IMG/VR virus record: IMGVR_UViG_3300032332_000523
Location: 1 to 57,746 of that record
DNA length: 57,746 nucleotides
Origin: a virus
Lineage: Duplodnaviria; Caudoviricetes
Reading direction: 5' to 3' (one strand)
Shown here: piece by piece, positions 16,070 to 25,900 of the stretch
Layout: each line of letters begins with the position of its first letter
Position numbering within the stretch: position 1 is the stretch's first letter
The notes under the pieces: model-generated
What the model saw: only the letters and a program-made list of their open reading frames with translations
What the model was told of the DNA's origin: nothing
Databases searched by the model: none
Position numbers and translations under genes: made by a program

Positions 16070-17054
16070 AGAGGACCTCTTTCAATTCGGCTGTAAATTC
16101 TTCGCGCTTGTTGAAGCGCTTGGCGTAAGAAGGATGCATGACCTTGGTCACGCGACGACTGAACTCGGTGATCGTGTCGTAGCTTGAATTTCCAAAGCAG
16201 ATGACCTTGATGTAAGGCTTAGCGCGAATGCAATCATTCACAAACAGCGGCCCGTTGTAGTCGTGGGCGTTCACGTAGACCGCACGTGTCTCATCAAATG
16301 ACAGGTCATGCAGCACTGATGCAAAGAACTCACTGCAGTTGCCAAAGTCATAGAACGGCCAACTGACTGCACGCAACTTGCTGTTGGCCTTGTCACCGAC
16401 AAAGATGACGTTGGCCTCATGCAAGTGGCCAGCAAAGTTTTGCGCGTCGAGATTCAGGGCTGGCTCGTATTGCTTAGCCTTACGAGATTCCAAGACATGC
16501 ATGACCATGTCGATGTAGACATCAAGGTTGCTACCTTCAACGTCATAGCGATATGGCAGGACGTCATCACGTACACGCATGCCAAACACAGACAGCTGCT
16601 GCACGTAGTCGGTATCATGAGCCTCAATGCCGCCGGCAAATAGCATGTCAAAGCGGCGGCGTACTTCTTCAACGTCGTCGTACATCTCGCTACGCTCAGC
16701 CTTCAGCTGCTGAAACTTCTCAAAGTGATTTGAAGGCGACTGCGCAAGGATGTAGACACCGGCATGCTTGCGAATGATGCGATCCATCATGCGACCCATG
16801 TGAGGCCAAGGACTGCCTCCGCGATATGCTGCAGCATAGATAGCCTCACTCATCCACAGACGATCAATGACTACCAGTCGCGTACGAGCCAGCTTCAATG
16901 CGCGATGCAAAGCAGCAGTGTGGTACAGCGGCATCTTGGTAGGCCAGCGATACGTGTTGTGAATGTAGACGCCATCATGCTTGTCGCAAATAGCCTTAGC
17001 AAGCGTAGTCTTGCCTGTTCCATCACATCCATCAATGACGATGATGCCTTTCAT
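16062..17054 (-). CDS. dNMP kinase (P-loop) fused to a C-terminal uracil-DNA-glycosylase-like domain
   Basis: IDGCDGTGKTT and VIDRLWMSEAIY (thymidylate-kinase-like); C-terminus VIFVGD...WPF...VNA...VICFG...VMHPSY (UDG-superfamily pattern). Confidence 0.75.
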   Translation of the reverse strand: MKGIIVIDGCDGTGKTTLAKAICDKHDGVYIHNTYRWPTKMPLYHTAALHRALKLARTRLVVIDRLWMSEAIYAAAYRGGSPWPHMGRMMDRIIRKHAGVYILAQSPSNHFEKFQQLKAERSEMYDDVEEVRRRFDMLFAGGIEAHDTDYVQQLSVFGMRVRDDVLPYRYDVEGSNLDVYIDMVMHVLESRKAKQYEPALNLDAQNFAGHLHEANVIFVGDKANSKLRAVSWPFYDFGNCSEFFASVLHDLSFDETRAVYVNAHDYNGPLFVNDCIRAKPYIKVICFGNSSYDTITEFSRRVTKVMHPSYAKRFNKREEFTAELKEVLYG

Positions 17055-17446
17055 TCTTTCTCCTTTCTGATGAGGTCCGTAAGCGTTGGAGCCACGAATC
17101 CTGCAGGTTTCACTATATCATAGGTAGACCCACGCTTGCTATCGCTTGACCTCAAAGCCCTGACTTTTGTCATGTTGGCTTGGTGCACCCGGAGGAACCC
17201 TTGTTCAAAGGGGAGGCCAGCCAAGTATGCTGCTCCAAGTGCTACATAGACTAAGTCAATCAAGCCGTCAAAGTACTCCTCAAGGTCGCCGTTGATGGCA
17301 GCTGCGCGTAGCTCGTCAAGCTCTTCCTGCATGTGAACATTCTTCAGCTTCCAGATCTGCTCAACCGGAAAGTCAGGCTGGCTGGTGGGCTCGAGTCCGA
17401 ACTTCTTGTGGAAGTCTGCGACCATTTGGAACATGTCCATGCTCAC
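17051..17446 (-). CDS. All-alpha NTP pyrophosphohydrolase (MazG / PRA-PH-like; candidate dCTPase/dUTPase)
   Basis: EELDEL...DGLIDLVYVALG...VHQANMTK...KPAGF.AP. Confidence 0.88.
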   Translation of the reverse strand: MSMDMFQMVADFHKKFGLEPTSQPDFPVEQIWKLKNVHMQEELDELRAAAINGDLEEYFDGLIDLVYVALGAAYLAGLPFEQGFLRVHQANMTKVRALRSSDSKRGSTYDIVKPAGFVAPTLTDLIRKEKE

Positions 17447-18297
17447 TCTCCCAGGTAATCAAAGAGGGGTTGCCAGGAGCTGCTGCTTGACAAGGGCTGA
17501 TTGAGCTGACTAAATTTTTCAGCGCTGAACATCTCTTGTGTAGTGGGCAGCTTGACACGCCACAACACGTTGCGAGACCGGTGAGGATAGAGCGGGGCAA
17601 AGATAGTTGCCAGGTAATTGCTGTCGTAGTAATCACGCAGGCGATTGAAGATTCCATCGAGATCATCTTTGGCGACCATGTCCTTGTAGTCTTTGATTGA
17701 GGCAAAAGTGCCGTAATGCGCGTCAACTTCTAAGCCGACCTTGTGGAGCATGTTCTGCATCACTTGGTAGGTCATCTCGTTAACGTGGTTGTCCGCTGCC
17801 CCAACTTCAGGGTCGTAGACAGGCGTGCTGATGAACGCCATGCCATAGGTTTCAAGACGATCGCGGATGCCTTCCAGCATCTTGTAGGCATGTAGTGGCT
17901 CAACGTGTTCCAGTACCTCAAAGCAGGTGATGACGTTGAACTTCTCATGGGGTAGTGTGCAATCAGGGAATGCCACGTTGCCAATCAGCGTGGGCTTGAA
18001 CTTCGTGTTCTCAAATGCCTTAGGCATCTCAAGCTTGTTGTAGTCAATGCCAACGTAGTCCAAGCCATCAGAAGCCATGCGGCTGGTCATCAGCATCTTG
18101 GCCAATGGCACGTCTTTGCCGCAGCCAATGTCAAGCAGCTTGCAGTCTTTGCGGTTGGCAGGCTTGCCCATGTACTTGGCCACATGCGTCCAACGAAGAC
18201 AGTGCGCGATGTAGTCGCGATGGATGAAGCCGCGCTCTTCAGCCTGATCAATGCTCAGGTGGGTATTGTCGATAGTCTTTCCTCTGGCGTTAGCCAT
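17443..18297 (-). CDS. Class I SAM-dependent methyltransferase (small-molecule type)
   Basis: LLDIGCG, YVGID, FNVITCFEVLEHV, FISTP; no DNA-methyltransferase PCQ or (D/N)PPY motif. Confidence 0.9.
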   Translation of the reverse strand: MANARGKTIDNTHLSIDQAEERGFIHRDYIAHCLRWTHVAKYMGKPANRKDCKLLDIGCGKDVPLAKMLMTSRMASDGLDYVGIDYNKLEMPKAFENTKFKPTLIGNVAFPDCTLPHEKFNVITCFEVLEHVEPLHAYKMLEGIRDRLETYGMAFISTPVYDPEVGAADNHVNEMTYQVMQNMLHKVGLEVDAHYGTFASIKDYKDMVAKDDLDGIFNRLRDYYDSNYLATIFAPLYPHRSRNVLWRVKLPTTQEMFSAEKFSQLNQPLSSSSSWQPLFDYLGE

Positions 18298-18322
18298 ACA
18301 GTTCTCCTAGGGTGGGAAGATA

Positions 18323-18336
18323 GGGGCCGAAGCCCC
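18323..18336 (-). terminator. Hairpin with cUUCGg tetraloop after DUF932 (weak terminator or stabiliser)
   Basis: GGGGC-TTCG-GCCCC on the minus strand; poor U tract. Confidence 0.55.
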
Positions 18337-18341
18337 AGGGT

Positions 18342-19328
18342 TTAAGCTGCTTCGGCAAACTCGACAGCGAGGTCGAGAGCTTGGCGCTTGCGGGTAGCTG
18401 CAGAGCCAAACCAAGCACTTGTGAGGCGCTTGTCTTGGTCTGTGCCAGCGACGTGGTCGTAGTAGTACGTCACGGCGTTGAATGCGCCCCACCACGTACC
18501 GGCCGATGTCTTCAGATCAGCGCCGGGCTGGGTGTGCACGATGTCAAGCAAGCGATTGACTGTGCGGCCAAGCTCTGCACGACTGACTTCACCTTCTTCA
18601 GAGGCAACCAAGGCTGCTTGATATTGGTCAGGGCTTACAAGGTCAGCGAAGAACTTCATGACTTGCTGGTCAGAGGCACGCTTCTTGGACAAGAACTCGG
18701 CTTGCTTCTTGAAGATGTCAAGCGACTTCATAGCAAGGCCGACCTTCTCGGCAGCCGTCTGCTTGATCTCGTCGTCGAACGCGCGATCGTGCGACATGCG
18801 AAACGTGTTGTCTTTGTTTGACTTATCACGAAGGGCAGCCGTCAGCGTGTTGTTGCAGACTACGCGAATTGGCGTGAACAAGATCTGCAGGCTGCGGCCC
18901 CAGATGTGGGGGTTGTCAAGGAGGATGTAGCCTTGGACTTCGTCTTTGCCGCCAAGCATGAAGCCGCCGTTGATCTTGGCAAGGCCCCATACGCGTTTGC
19001 CGCCGTGCAAGGAACCAGCTGTCTCCATCTTCATGTCGCCTGCCTTGCAGAACTTGTCGAAGAATTCGAAGACGTCTTTGTTTTGGGTGGGGTTGTAGTC
19101 GCTGCCGCAGATGCCGAGGATCTTGCTGTCGGTATCGCGCACGAGCGCGTAGTGGCTGGTCAGGGTGTGATCCAGCTCGTCGACCACAAGGGCCTTCTTC
19201 TTGACTTGCCAGTCTAGGCCGGCGGCAGTCAACATTTGCTCAGGGTTCAGGTTGTCTGCGACGGGGGTGCCAAGGCCGTGCCAAGGGGTCTCATTGGCGT
19301 AGGCCATCGTTTCAACTTCGTGGGACAT
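18342..19328 (-). CDS. DUF932 / TIGR03299-like protein, first early gene
   Basis: MSHEVETMAY...PWHGLG...AGLDWQV...TPIRVVCNNTL...GT.WGAFNAVT. Confidence 0.9.
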   Translation of the reverse strand: MSHEVETMAYANETPWHGLGTPVADNLNPEQMLTAAGLDWQVKKKALVVDELDHTLTSHYALVRDTDSKILGICGSDYNPTQNKDVFEFFDKFCKAGDMKMETAGSLHGGKRVWGLAKINGGFMLGGKDEVQGYILLDNPHIWGRSLQILFTPIRVVCNNTLTAALRDKSNKDNTFRMSHDRAFDDEIKQTAAEKVGLAMKSLDIFKKQAEFLSKKRASDQQVMKFFADLVSPDQYQAALVASEEGEVSRAELGRTVNRLLDIVHTQPGADLKTSAGTWWGAFNAVTYYYDHVAGTDQDKRLTSAWFGSAATRKRQALDLAVEFAEAA

Positions 19329-19336
19329 GGTATTCT

Positions 19337-19452
19337 CGCTTTCTTCTTTCTGTTTATGCCAGCAGGATTGCTGTGCATGAGATTGATTCTACTGCGTAAA
19401 ACCACGCACTACGTGCTTTTGCAAAAATAATTGCTGGGACTTCTACCAGCTA
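19337..19452 (-). promoter_or_regulatory. Early promoter/leader A, homologous to 5372-5483
   Basis: Minus strand AAGTCCCAGCAA...GCACGTAGTGCGTGGTTTTACGCAG-TAGAAT...CATGCACAGCAATCC...AGAAAGAAGAAAG. Confidence 0.75.
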
Positions 19453-19457
19453 GCGAC

Positions 19458-19600
19458 CAAAAACTCTATAGAGCACTTTTTCTTCCTTATACAGAGAGAA
19501 TCTATTCTTTTTGTTTTCAAGAATAGACTCGTTCGCTCGCTCCCTAGTCCACGCAAGACCAAAACAGGAAGTTCTGATCCTCTCTGTATAGGGTAAAAAA
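19458..19600. repeat. Palindromic element B; interior inverted relative to element A
   Basis: Arms CCTTATACAGAGAGAAT (19485-19501) and ATCCTCTCTGTATAGGG (19577-19593); core AATAGACTCGTTCGCTCG (19522-19539) is the reverse complement of 926-943. Confidence 0.9.
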
Positions 19601-19602
19601 TA

Positions 19603-22600
19603 TCATCTATAGGGATTTTGAAGATGCATCAGGCCGCCGCGAGCTTTGCGGGTCAGGGCGTTTTGATCGGAGACGCGGAACCAGTTGCCGATGTTGCCAG
19701 ATCCGCTGGCAGGACGCTCATAGCCGGCAAAGCCGCCAGCTTTCGCGATGCCGTCCAGTACGTAGTCCTTGCCTTCTGCCGCGTCGTAGATCTCAGAACC
19801 TGTCATCGCCTGACCTTCTGGCAGCTTGCTGTAGAAGCGCTTCATCCTGGCCACGTCTTCAGGGCTGTACTGTTCCTCGAATCGCAGCAGCTTCTTGGCT
19901 GGGATGTCGAACTTGTTCAGCATGGGAGGACCTTCACTTCCGATGATGTCCATCTTGTCGCGGGCCCGCTTCATCGCGTAGTTTGGCTCAGTCGTGACAT
20001 CCATGCTCTTGCCCTGTTCCAAACGGACCTTGGTAGGACTTCCATGGAGGACCCGTAGGAGTGAATCGGCAGCCTTTGCCATGCTACCCACCTTCCCGCC
20101 CTCCTGGAAGGCCTCAGGAGCCTCTGGTGAGGCCTGGGGTGGCTCCTCTTGGGCAGGCTCTGGGGCAACTTCTGGCTGGGCGGCTTGTTGCTGCGGTAAC
20201 TGCGTGGCTCCTAGGCCAACTGCAGGTGCGGTTGCATACAGCTTTTGCCCTTGGGTCGTGATCTTCTCCTTCATCTCTGGCGTGACGTCAATGGAGAACA
20301 GGCGTTGCTTTTCTGTCTTGTTGCTCGCTGCTTTCAGATTGCGCTCGGCCAGTTGACGAACGGCCCATCTGTACGCGTCGCCTTGGTGATTGTCCATCTC
20401 GTCTGCGAGCATATCCGACCAATCTTCAGCCGACATGCTGTCTTCGTTAATTCCGCGGCGGGTCAAGGCTTGACTGGCCCTTTCTTCAGTCAGTTCGTTA
20501 GTCATCTCCATGAGCTCCATGGGATCATCATCTTGAAGCCTTGCTTCTTCTGCTATAAGGTCCTGATGAGTAAAGTGCTGCGGGGCAGTCTTTCCTTCGA
20601 TCTCCATGTAGCCAGTTGGGGCCTTGAACTCCTTGCGTCCGTATTCCTTGACGTAGTCAGGCAGGCGCTTGTCGTAGAACGACTTCATGCCCTCGCCACC
20701 AATGGTCAAGTCATCGCCTTTGATCACGCCTTTTGGCACCTGCTCAGGATTAGCCCTCAGCGCTTCCTGCAAACCAGGGGCCCCTTCTTCAATTTGATTG
20801 GCGATGTTAGATCCAAACACATCGGACAGGGTCTTGCCGTTTGCAGTTCCGCCAACAAATGAGCCGTCAAAGACTTTTCCTTCAAAGACGGCCCCATCTC
20901 CCTTGAAAGCAGTGACTATCATGCCGCCGTCTTCGGAGGGCAAATAGTGAATCCGATCAACGGTCTTACGAAGATCGTTTGAATACCGCTTGACTTGCTC
21001 AATGCCAGGAGAAAATGCCACCTTGTCGTAGCCTTCTTTGGCCGCCAGATCTAAGATGTCCTTGACGGCAAGCTCATGCCAGTTCTTCTTAAAAGGTGCA
21101 TCTGGAACCTTAGCCTCAATGGCCTCGGCTTCTTTTCTAATTTGCTCAACGATATAGGGTTCTGGGCTGGTAGAGTGATTGCGAGGCTGCTCACCCTTAA
21201 GCGGCTGACCTGTATTTTTATCAACAGCAATGACGGTTACAGACCATTGGCCTTTTGTTTTTTCAAGGGCGTTTTTGCGAGCATTTCTGGCAGCAACTTC
21301 TTCCCCAACGCCAATATCCATATTGCGCGCGTAGTATTGGTCGTAGAATTTCTTGTATTCAGGGCTGTCTTCACCAGAGTTAAAAGACAAAACCTTGTCG
21401 TAGTTTCCAGAAGTACGAACAATTTTGCCAGGTTGAAAGTATTCTTTAAGCTCGTCTTGGGTTGCGCCAGAGTTGCGAAGACGCTCCATCTTTGAATTCA
21501 GCTGATAGAGCTTTTCGTCGTCTTCCTGGCCCTTGTAACCAAAATTCTCGTCAACTTCTTTTTCAAGTTGAGCCTTGCGCTCCCTAGTCAAGCCATTCTC
21601 AATCTTCTTGAGAAGGGTCATGTTCTTTTGCGTCATGTCCGTATTGCCAACCTCTTGCTTAAGCTGCTCAACGGCTTGTGCATTGATGCTCTCGCGCTCA
21701 TTTGCCAATAAGTTCTTGACTTGTTTTTTGCGAGCGTCTCTAGCACCTTGATGCCAGTCGGACTGGATCTCGTCAACGTACAACACCTTTTCGCCGTTAG
21801 GTCCGGTCATGTCTGAGACGCGATAGTGCGCCAAGACGTCGGGCTGATTCCAATGGCTTGAGTTGTAGCGTTCACGATTAGTGCCCAGCTTTTCAAGCAG
21901 ATCGTCAATCTCACGATAGACGTCCCCTCCTCCGCCTGGGGAGGTTAGCAATTCTTGAAGACGTGACCTCATAGCAGAAGCGCCAGGGGGATCTTTATCC
22001 TGATGCTGCAAAAGGACTTCTCGATAGTTGTCAGCCCCCTTGCTCTTGCTGTACCTGCCAAACTTTGTGTCGCCCTTTTCAAGCGTGATTCGCTCTGGGA
22101 TTGCCGGCTTGTTAGCCTTTGCCACCTGTTGAAGTTCTTCTTGAGTGATCTTTGGAGACGCCGTCAGCTTTTGCTTGATGCCGCGGGATTCAAGTTCTTC
22201 GCGCTTCACCCCTGGCGTGGTCTCCAGTTGCTTCAAGATTTGCTCGCCCGTACCCTTCTTCTGTTTCAGGGTGTCAATGGCCTTGTCAACTGCAGAGAAA
22301 AACGTCTTGACCTTGCTTACCTTGCCGCCGTTCTCGTACTTTTGGATAAGGCCACCCAAGGCTTTCTTCACTGGCTCTTCACTCAAGGCTTCTCCAGCGG
22401 TCCCAATGGTCCCGCCAAACGTGGTGCCAATGCCATAGTTGATGGCCCTTGGATCAATCGTGGGAGACAGGTACTCGATGGGAGCGGCTGCAATCTTTCC
22501 AGCCATTCCTAGCTTCTTTGCACCGCCAACGACTTTGTTCATCACGGCTCCGGGAACTGGCAGTTGTCCAAGCATCTCGCCGCCAGCATACGCAAAGTGC

Positions 22601-22956
22601 TCAAGGGCTCCTTTAGGCTCGTCAATGCCCATGTCCTTGCGAACGGCTTCCTTGATCTTGCCAGCCTTCTTGTCGGCAGCCACGGCAAAGTCCGGCGCGT
22701 ATTTTTCATCAACAATGCCAGCCATTGCAGGAATGGCCACGGTGTTGTAGTAGATGCCAGGAGTCCCCTTGCCCATCCCAACTTCGCCCTTGTCGTTGAT
22801 GCCGGACCACTGGCTCTTGAAGCCAGCCACGGCCTGCTTTGCGGCCTTGGTGACGGGCGACTCTTGCAGGGCCTTGGTCAGGTCTTTGAGGTCCCTTATC
22901 CGGGAACCTTTTTGTTCGTACTTCTTGCTGAGATCAAACTTGTCAAGATCACTCAT
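19603..22956 (-). CDS. Large multidomain internal virion/ejection (polyvalent-type) protein
   Basis: Last late gene; contains an NYREVLL...SHW...LAHYR...VDEIQSDWHQ domain and a C-terminal VLHGS domain resembling degenerate ADP-ribosyltransferase domains. Confidence 0.75.
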   Translation of the reverse strand: MSDLDKFDLSKKYEQKGSRIRDLKDLTKALQESPVTKAAKQAVAGFKSQWSGINDKGEVGMGKGTPGIYYNTVAIPAMAGIVDEKYAPDFAVAADKKAGKIKEAVRKDMGIDEPKGALEHFAYAGGEMLGQLPVPGAVMNKVVGGAKKLGMAGKIAAAPIEYLSPTIDPRAINYGIGTTFGGTIGTAGEALSEEPVKKALGGLIQKYENGGKVSKVKTFFSAVDKAIDTLKQKKGTGEQILKQLETTPGVKREELESRGIKQKLTASPKITQEELQQVAKANKPAIPERITLEKGDTKFGRYSKSKGADNYREVLLQHQDKDPPGASAMRSRLQELLTSPGGGGDVYREIDDLLEKLGTNRERYNSSHWNQPDVLAHYRVSDMTGPNGEKVLYVDEIQSDWHQGARDARKKQVKNLLANERESINAQAVEQLKQEVGNTDMTQKNMTLLKKIENGLTRERKAQLEKEVDENFGYKGQEDDEKLYQLNSKMERLRNSGATQDELKEYFQPGKIVRTSGNYDKVLSFNSGEDSPEYKKFYDQYYARNMDIGVGEEVAARNARKNALEKTKGQWSVTVIAVDKNTGQPLKGEQPRNHSTSPEPYIVEQIRKEAEAIEAKVPDAPFKKNWHELAVKDILDLAAKEGYDKVAFSPGIEQVKRYSNDLRKTVDRIHYLPSEDGGMIVTAFKGDGAVFEGKVFDGSFVGGTANGKTLSDVFGSNIANQIEEGAPGLQEALRANPEQVPKGVIKGDDLTIGGEGMKSFYDKRLPDYVKEYGRKEFKAPTGYMEIEGKTAPQHFTHQDLIAEEARLQDDDPMELMEMTNELTEERASQALTRRGINEDSMSAEDWSDMLADEMDNHQGDAYRWAVRQLAERNLKAASNKTEKQRLFSIDVTPEMKEKITTQGQKLYATAPAVGLGATQLPQQQAAQPEVAPEPAQEEPPQASPEAPEAFQEGGKVGSMAKAADSLLRVLHGSPTKVRLEQGKSMDVTTEPNYAMKRARDKMDIIGSEGPPMLNKFDIPAKKLLRFEEQYSPEDVARMKRFYSKLPEGQAMTGSEIYDAAEGKDYVLDGIAKAGGFAGYERPASGSGNIGNWFRVSDQNALTRKARGGLMHLQNPYR

Positions 22957-25900
22957 TGTTGATGCTCCGGATGATGCGTTGGACTTTGGCTTCGTCGTCC
23001 TCACCCTCTGGAGCTTCTTCTGGTACGGGGACCGGCCGCGGCGTCGTCGGCAGTGTGGCCCCAACGGCACCCGACACTGTCTTCATTCTACGTGAAGACT
23101 TGTTCTCGTCTTCAATGATCTTTTTGCTGCCGGCTTCCAGGCGATTCAAGACGTCATCAACCTCTTGGGTGCTGCCGGACTTCAGCATCTTGGCTACCTC
23201 GCCAGCGGTCTTCTCGTCAAGCGTCGTGCGAGCCTGCAGGTACTTCAGGACGCGTCCCACAACTGAGCCAGGCGAACCAGTTGCCACGTCCATGGCTTCT
23301 CCTGCAATGTCGAAGATGCCGTTGCCAGCCTTCAGGTCTTTCAAGGCCTCTGTCTTGTTGGCCGTACGGCTGCCGCGGACTACGTCCTGGGCATTCCTGA
23401 AGAGCTCAGACTCGCGCTGCATGGCTGCCTCAAACAGCTTGTACTCGTTGGGGTCCTGGAACAATGCCTCAAGACGCTTGCGGGTAGCCGGGGCTCCAAT
23501 GATGCGCTGGGCGGCGTTGACTTGCTGGGGAGCGTCAAGGACCTTGGTCAAGAGAGACTGGGCCACACCTGCGCGCAAGGCATCGCGCTCTGCATCTGAC
23601 ATGGCGTCCACAGTCTTCTTGGCTTCCGCTGGCAGCATCTTGGGGCTCAGGTAGTCTGTGCGGCCCATGCGGAGCGCGTCCAAGACTTCCATGTCGCCAG
23701 CATACTTTTTGCGGGCAGCTGCATACTCTGGTACGTTCTCGTCGATGACTTGGACGTAGGCCTTCTTGAGGTCCTTAAGGGCGTTTGCTTCTGCCTTGCC
23801 CATGCCTTCGCCGCGATAGCCCTTGTCAATGAGCGCATCGATGCCACGCTTGATGTAGTCAAGGGTGCGGACGTCAGGGATCTTGCCAACGCTGATCAGG
23901 TTGCCGGCATCGTCTGTGTCGTAGATGTCGTTCAGTTTGAAGCGGCTTGCGTCCTCTCCGCGAAGTTCGGCTGCCCGTGCTTCCTTACCTGCGATGGCTT
24001 GAGCTTCCTTGAACGCCTTCTTGAAGGTGTCATCTTCCAAGACCTTCTGGAGGCGCGTGTCATCAACCGAGCCGTATGCGTAAGCCTTATCGTAGAGGTT
24101 ATTGGCATTGGCGCGAAGCTTGCCCATCAGGGTGTCTTCTTGCGCCGTGTAATCTACGCCCTTGCCTACGTCTTTGAGCGCACGTCCCGCTGCGGACTCG
24201 CGTCCGCTTTCAAGGCGGTCATTCAGCTCCTGTCCAAGGATCTTGCGACCCTGTCCAGGACGTGTCACTACTGCCTCGCCCAGGGTTGACAGGGATGGGG
24301 TGGCGTCCATGATGGTGGACTTCACGCCAAGCTTCTTGTCAGCCATCATCCTGTCGCGAAGTGCTTGGGTATCCATCTCGTCGCGGCCCATGGCCTGAAG
24401 CACTTTCTCATTCGCGCGACGCTGAACGGCACCCACGGAAGGGGAGACTGCATTCTTGATGGCTTTGGCACCAGATCCAACCAGTTGAAGTCCTTTGGCT
24501 ACAGTTGGGCCAAGGACCATTCCTGTCGCACCTCCTTCAAGGGCTCCTTCAGCACGGTTTCCTTCTGTCGCCGAACCTGCCCCTGAGATGGCTCCAGTTG
24601 CTGCTCCAGTGCCAGCCGCCCTACCCATGGAGCCGGTCATGAATTTTGGAAGGGCAGCCATAAACTTCTGGGCCGTTGCGGCCATGCGCGGGGCATTTGC
24701 AATAGCCCCAGCTGTACCGGCACCTGGGACCATTGACATAGCCACAGTTGGAATAAGCCCGGAGACAAGCTCGGTTCCAAGTGCGGCATAGGGATGTTTT
24801 TCTTGAAACTGCTGATATGCCTCGCGTTCTTCGGCAACGACCTGGTCGTATGGACGTCCCTCCATCTTGGCGCGGACGCGGGCGATTGCCTCGTCTCCAA
24901 AACCAAGACCAAGGCCTTGGCCCATGGCGCGGCCAAAGTTTGCCATCGAGTAGTCGCCACCGTCAGCCATGTGGACCATACCGCCATCGGCATAGTGGCC
25001 AACCGGGCCGCCATCTGCCTTTTCTTCAGGCTCCATGCGGCTGTAAGCTCCTGATTTGAGCTTCTTCATCTTGTCTTCATTGAGCTGCACTCGGCGGGCC
25101 GCTGCTGCAATGGCCCGATCCCAAACTGCAGCGCGTTCTTTTGGTCCCATGTTGATGGAACCTTGGAGATCGAGCAAGATCTTGCGTTCGCCCTCTGTTG
25201 GGGCTCCACCAAAGATGCCTTTGAGTTGATCAAGGGCATTTTGACCAACCAAGCTTTCCAGTTCTGTTGTAGCTGTCACGCCTTCAGAGTCGCCAACGCC
25301 AGGGATGTTTCGTCCAATGGTGCGACGAAGACCAGCCCCCATGCCTGAGTAAGCCTTGTCGTTTAGGCTTTTGGCCTTTGTCAAGTTTAAGATGACAGTC
25401 TTGCCAGACTTGACAATGTCGTCGGCCTCAAACATCTCCTTTTGCTCGGTGGCGCTCAAGGTCATGCCCTTGCCCTCACCCGTGAGCTGTTTGACACGCG
25501 CGATGTATTCAGGTGTTCCTGGAGTCAGGCCCTCGTCTTTGGCAATCTTGCCTGCACCAGACAGGGGCTTACCAGCATCTGTCTTTGCCTTTTCTTCTGG
25601 CGCAATGTAGTTCAGCTTTTTCAGACGTTCGCGATAGACTTGCTTGTCAGCCTTGGAGACGTTGGGATCATTGATCTTGGAAAGCAGCTGGTCAATCTCG
25701 TTGGTTTGGCCGCTGGCATGCGTAGTCAGATAGGCGATACGCGCCTTGTAGACTTTCTTGTCGTCTTCAGATGCGTTGGGGTCATTGAGCCTAGCAACTA
25801 GATCGTCAATCTCCGTGACCTTGGCCTGGCCACCTGCATGAGTTGTCAAGTACTTGATGCGATCCCTGTAGATGGTCTTATCAGCATCAGAGACTTCAGG

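Noticed and set aside
17443-18297. Classical DNA methyltransferase (Dam, Dcm or N4C)
   Set aside because: No PCQ or (D/N/S)PP(Y/F) catalytic motif; the FEVLEHV pattern is typical of small-molecule methyltransferases.
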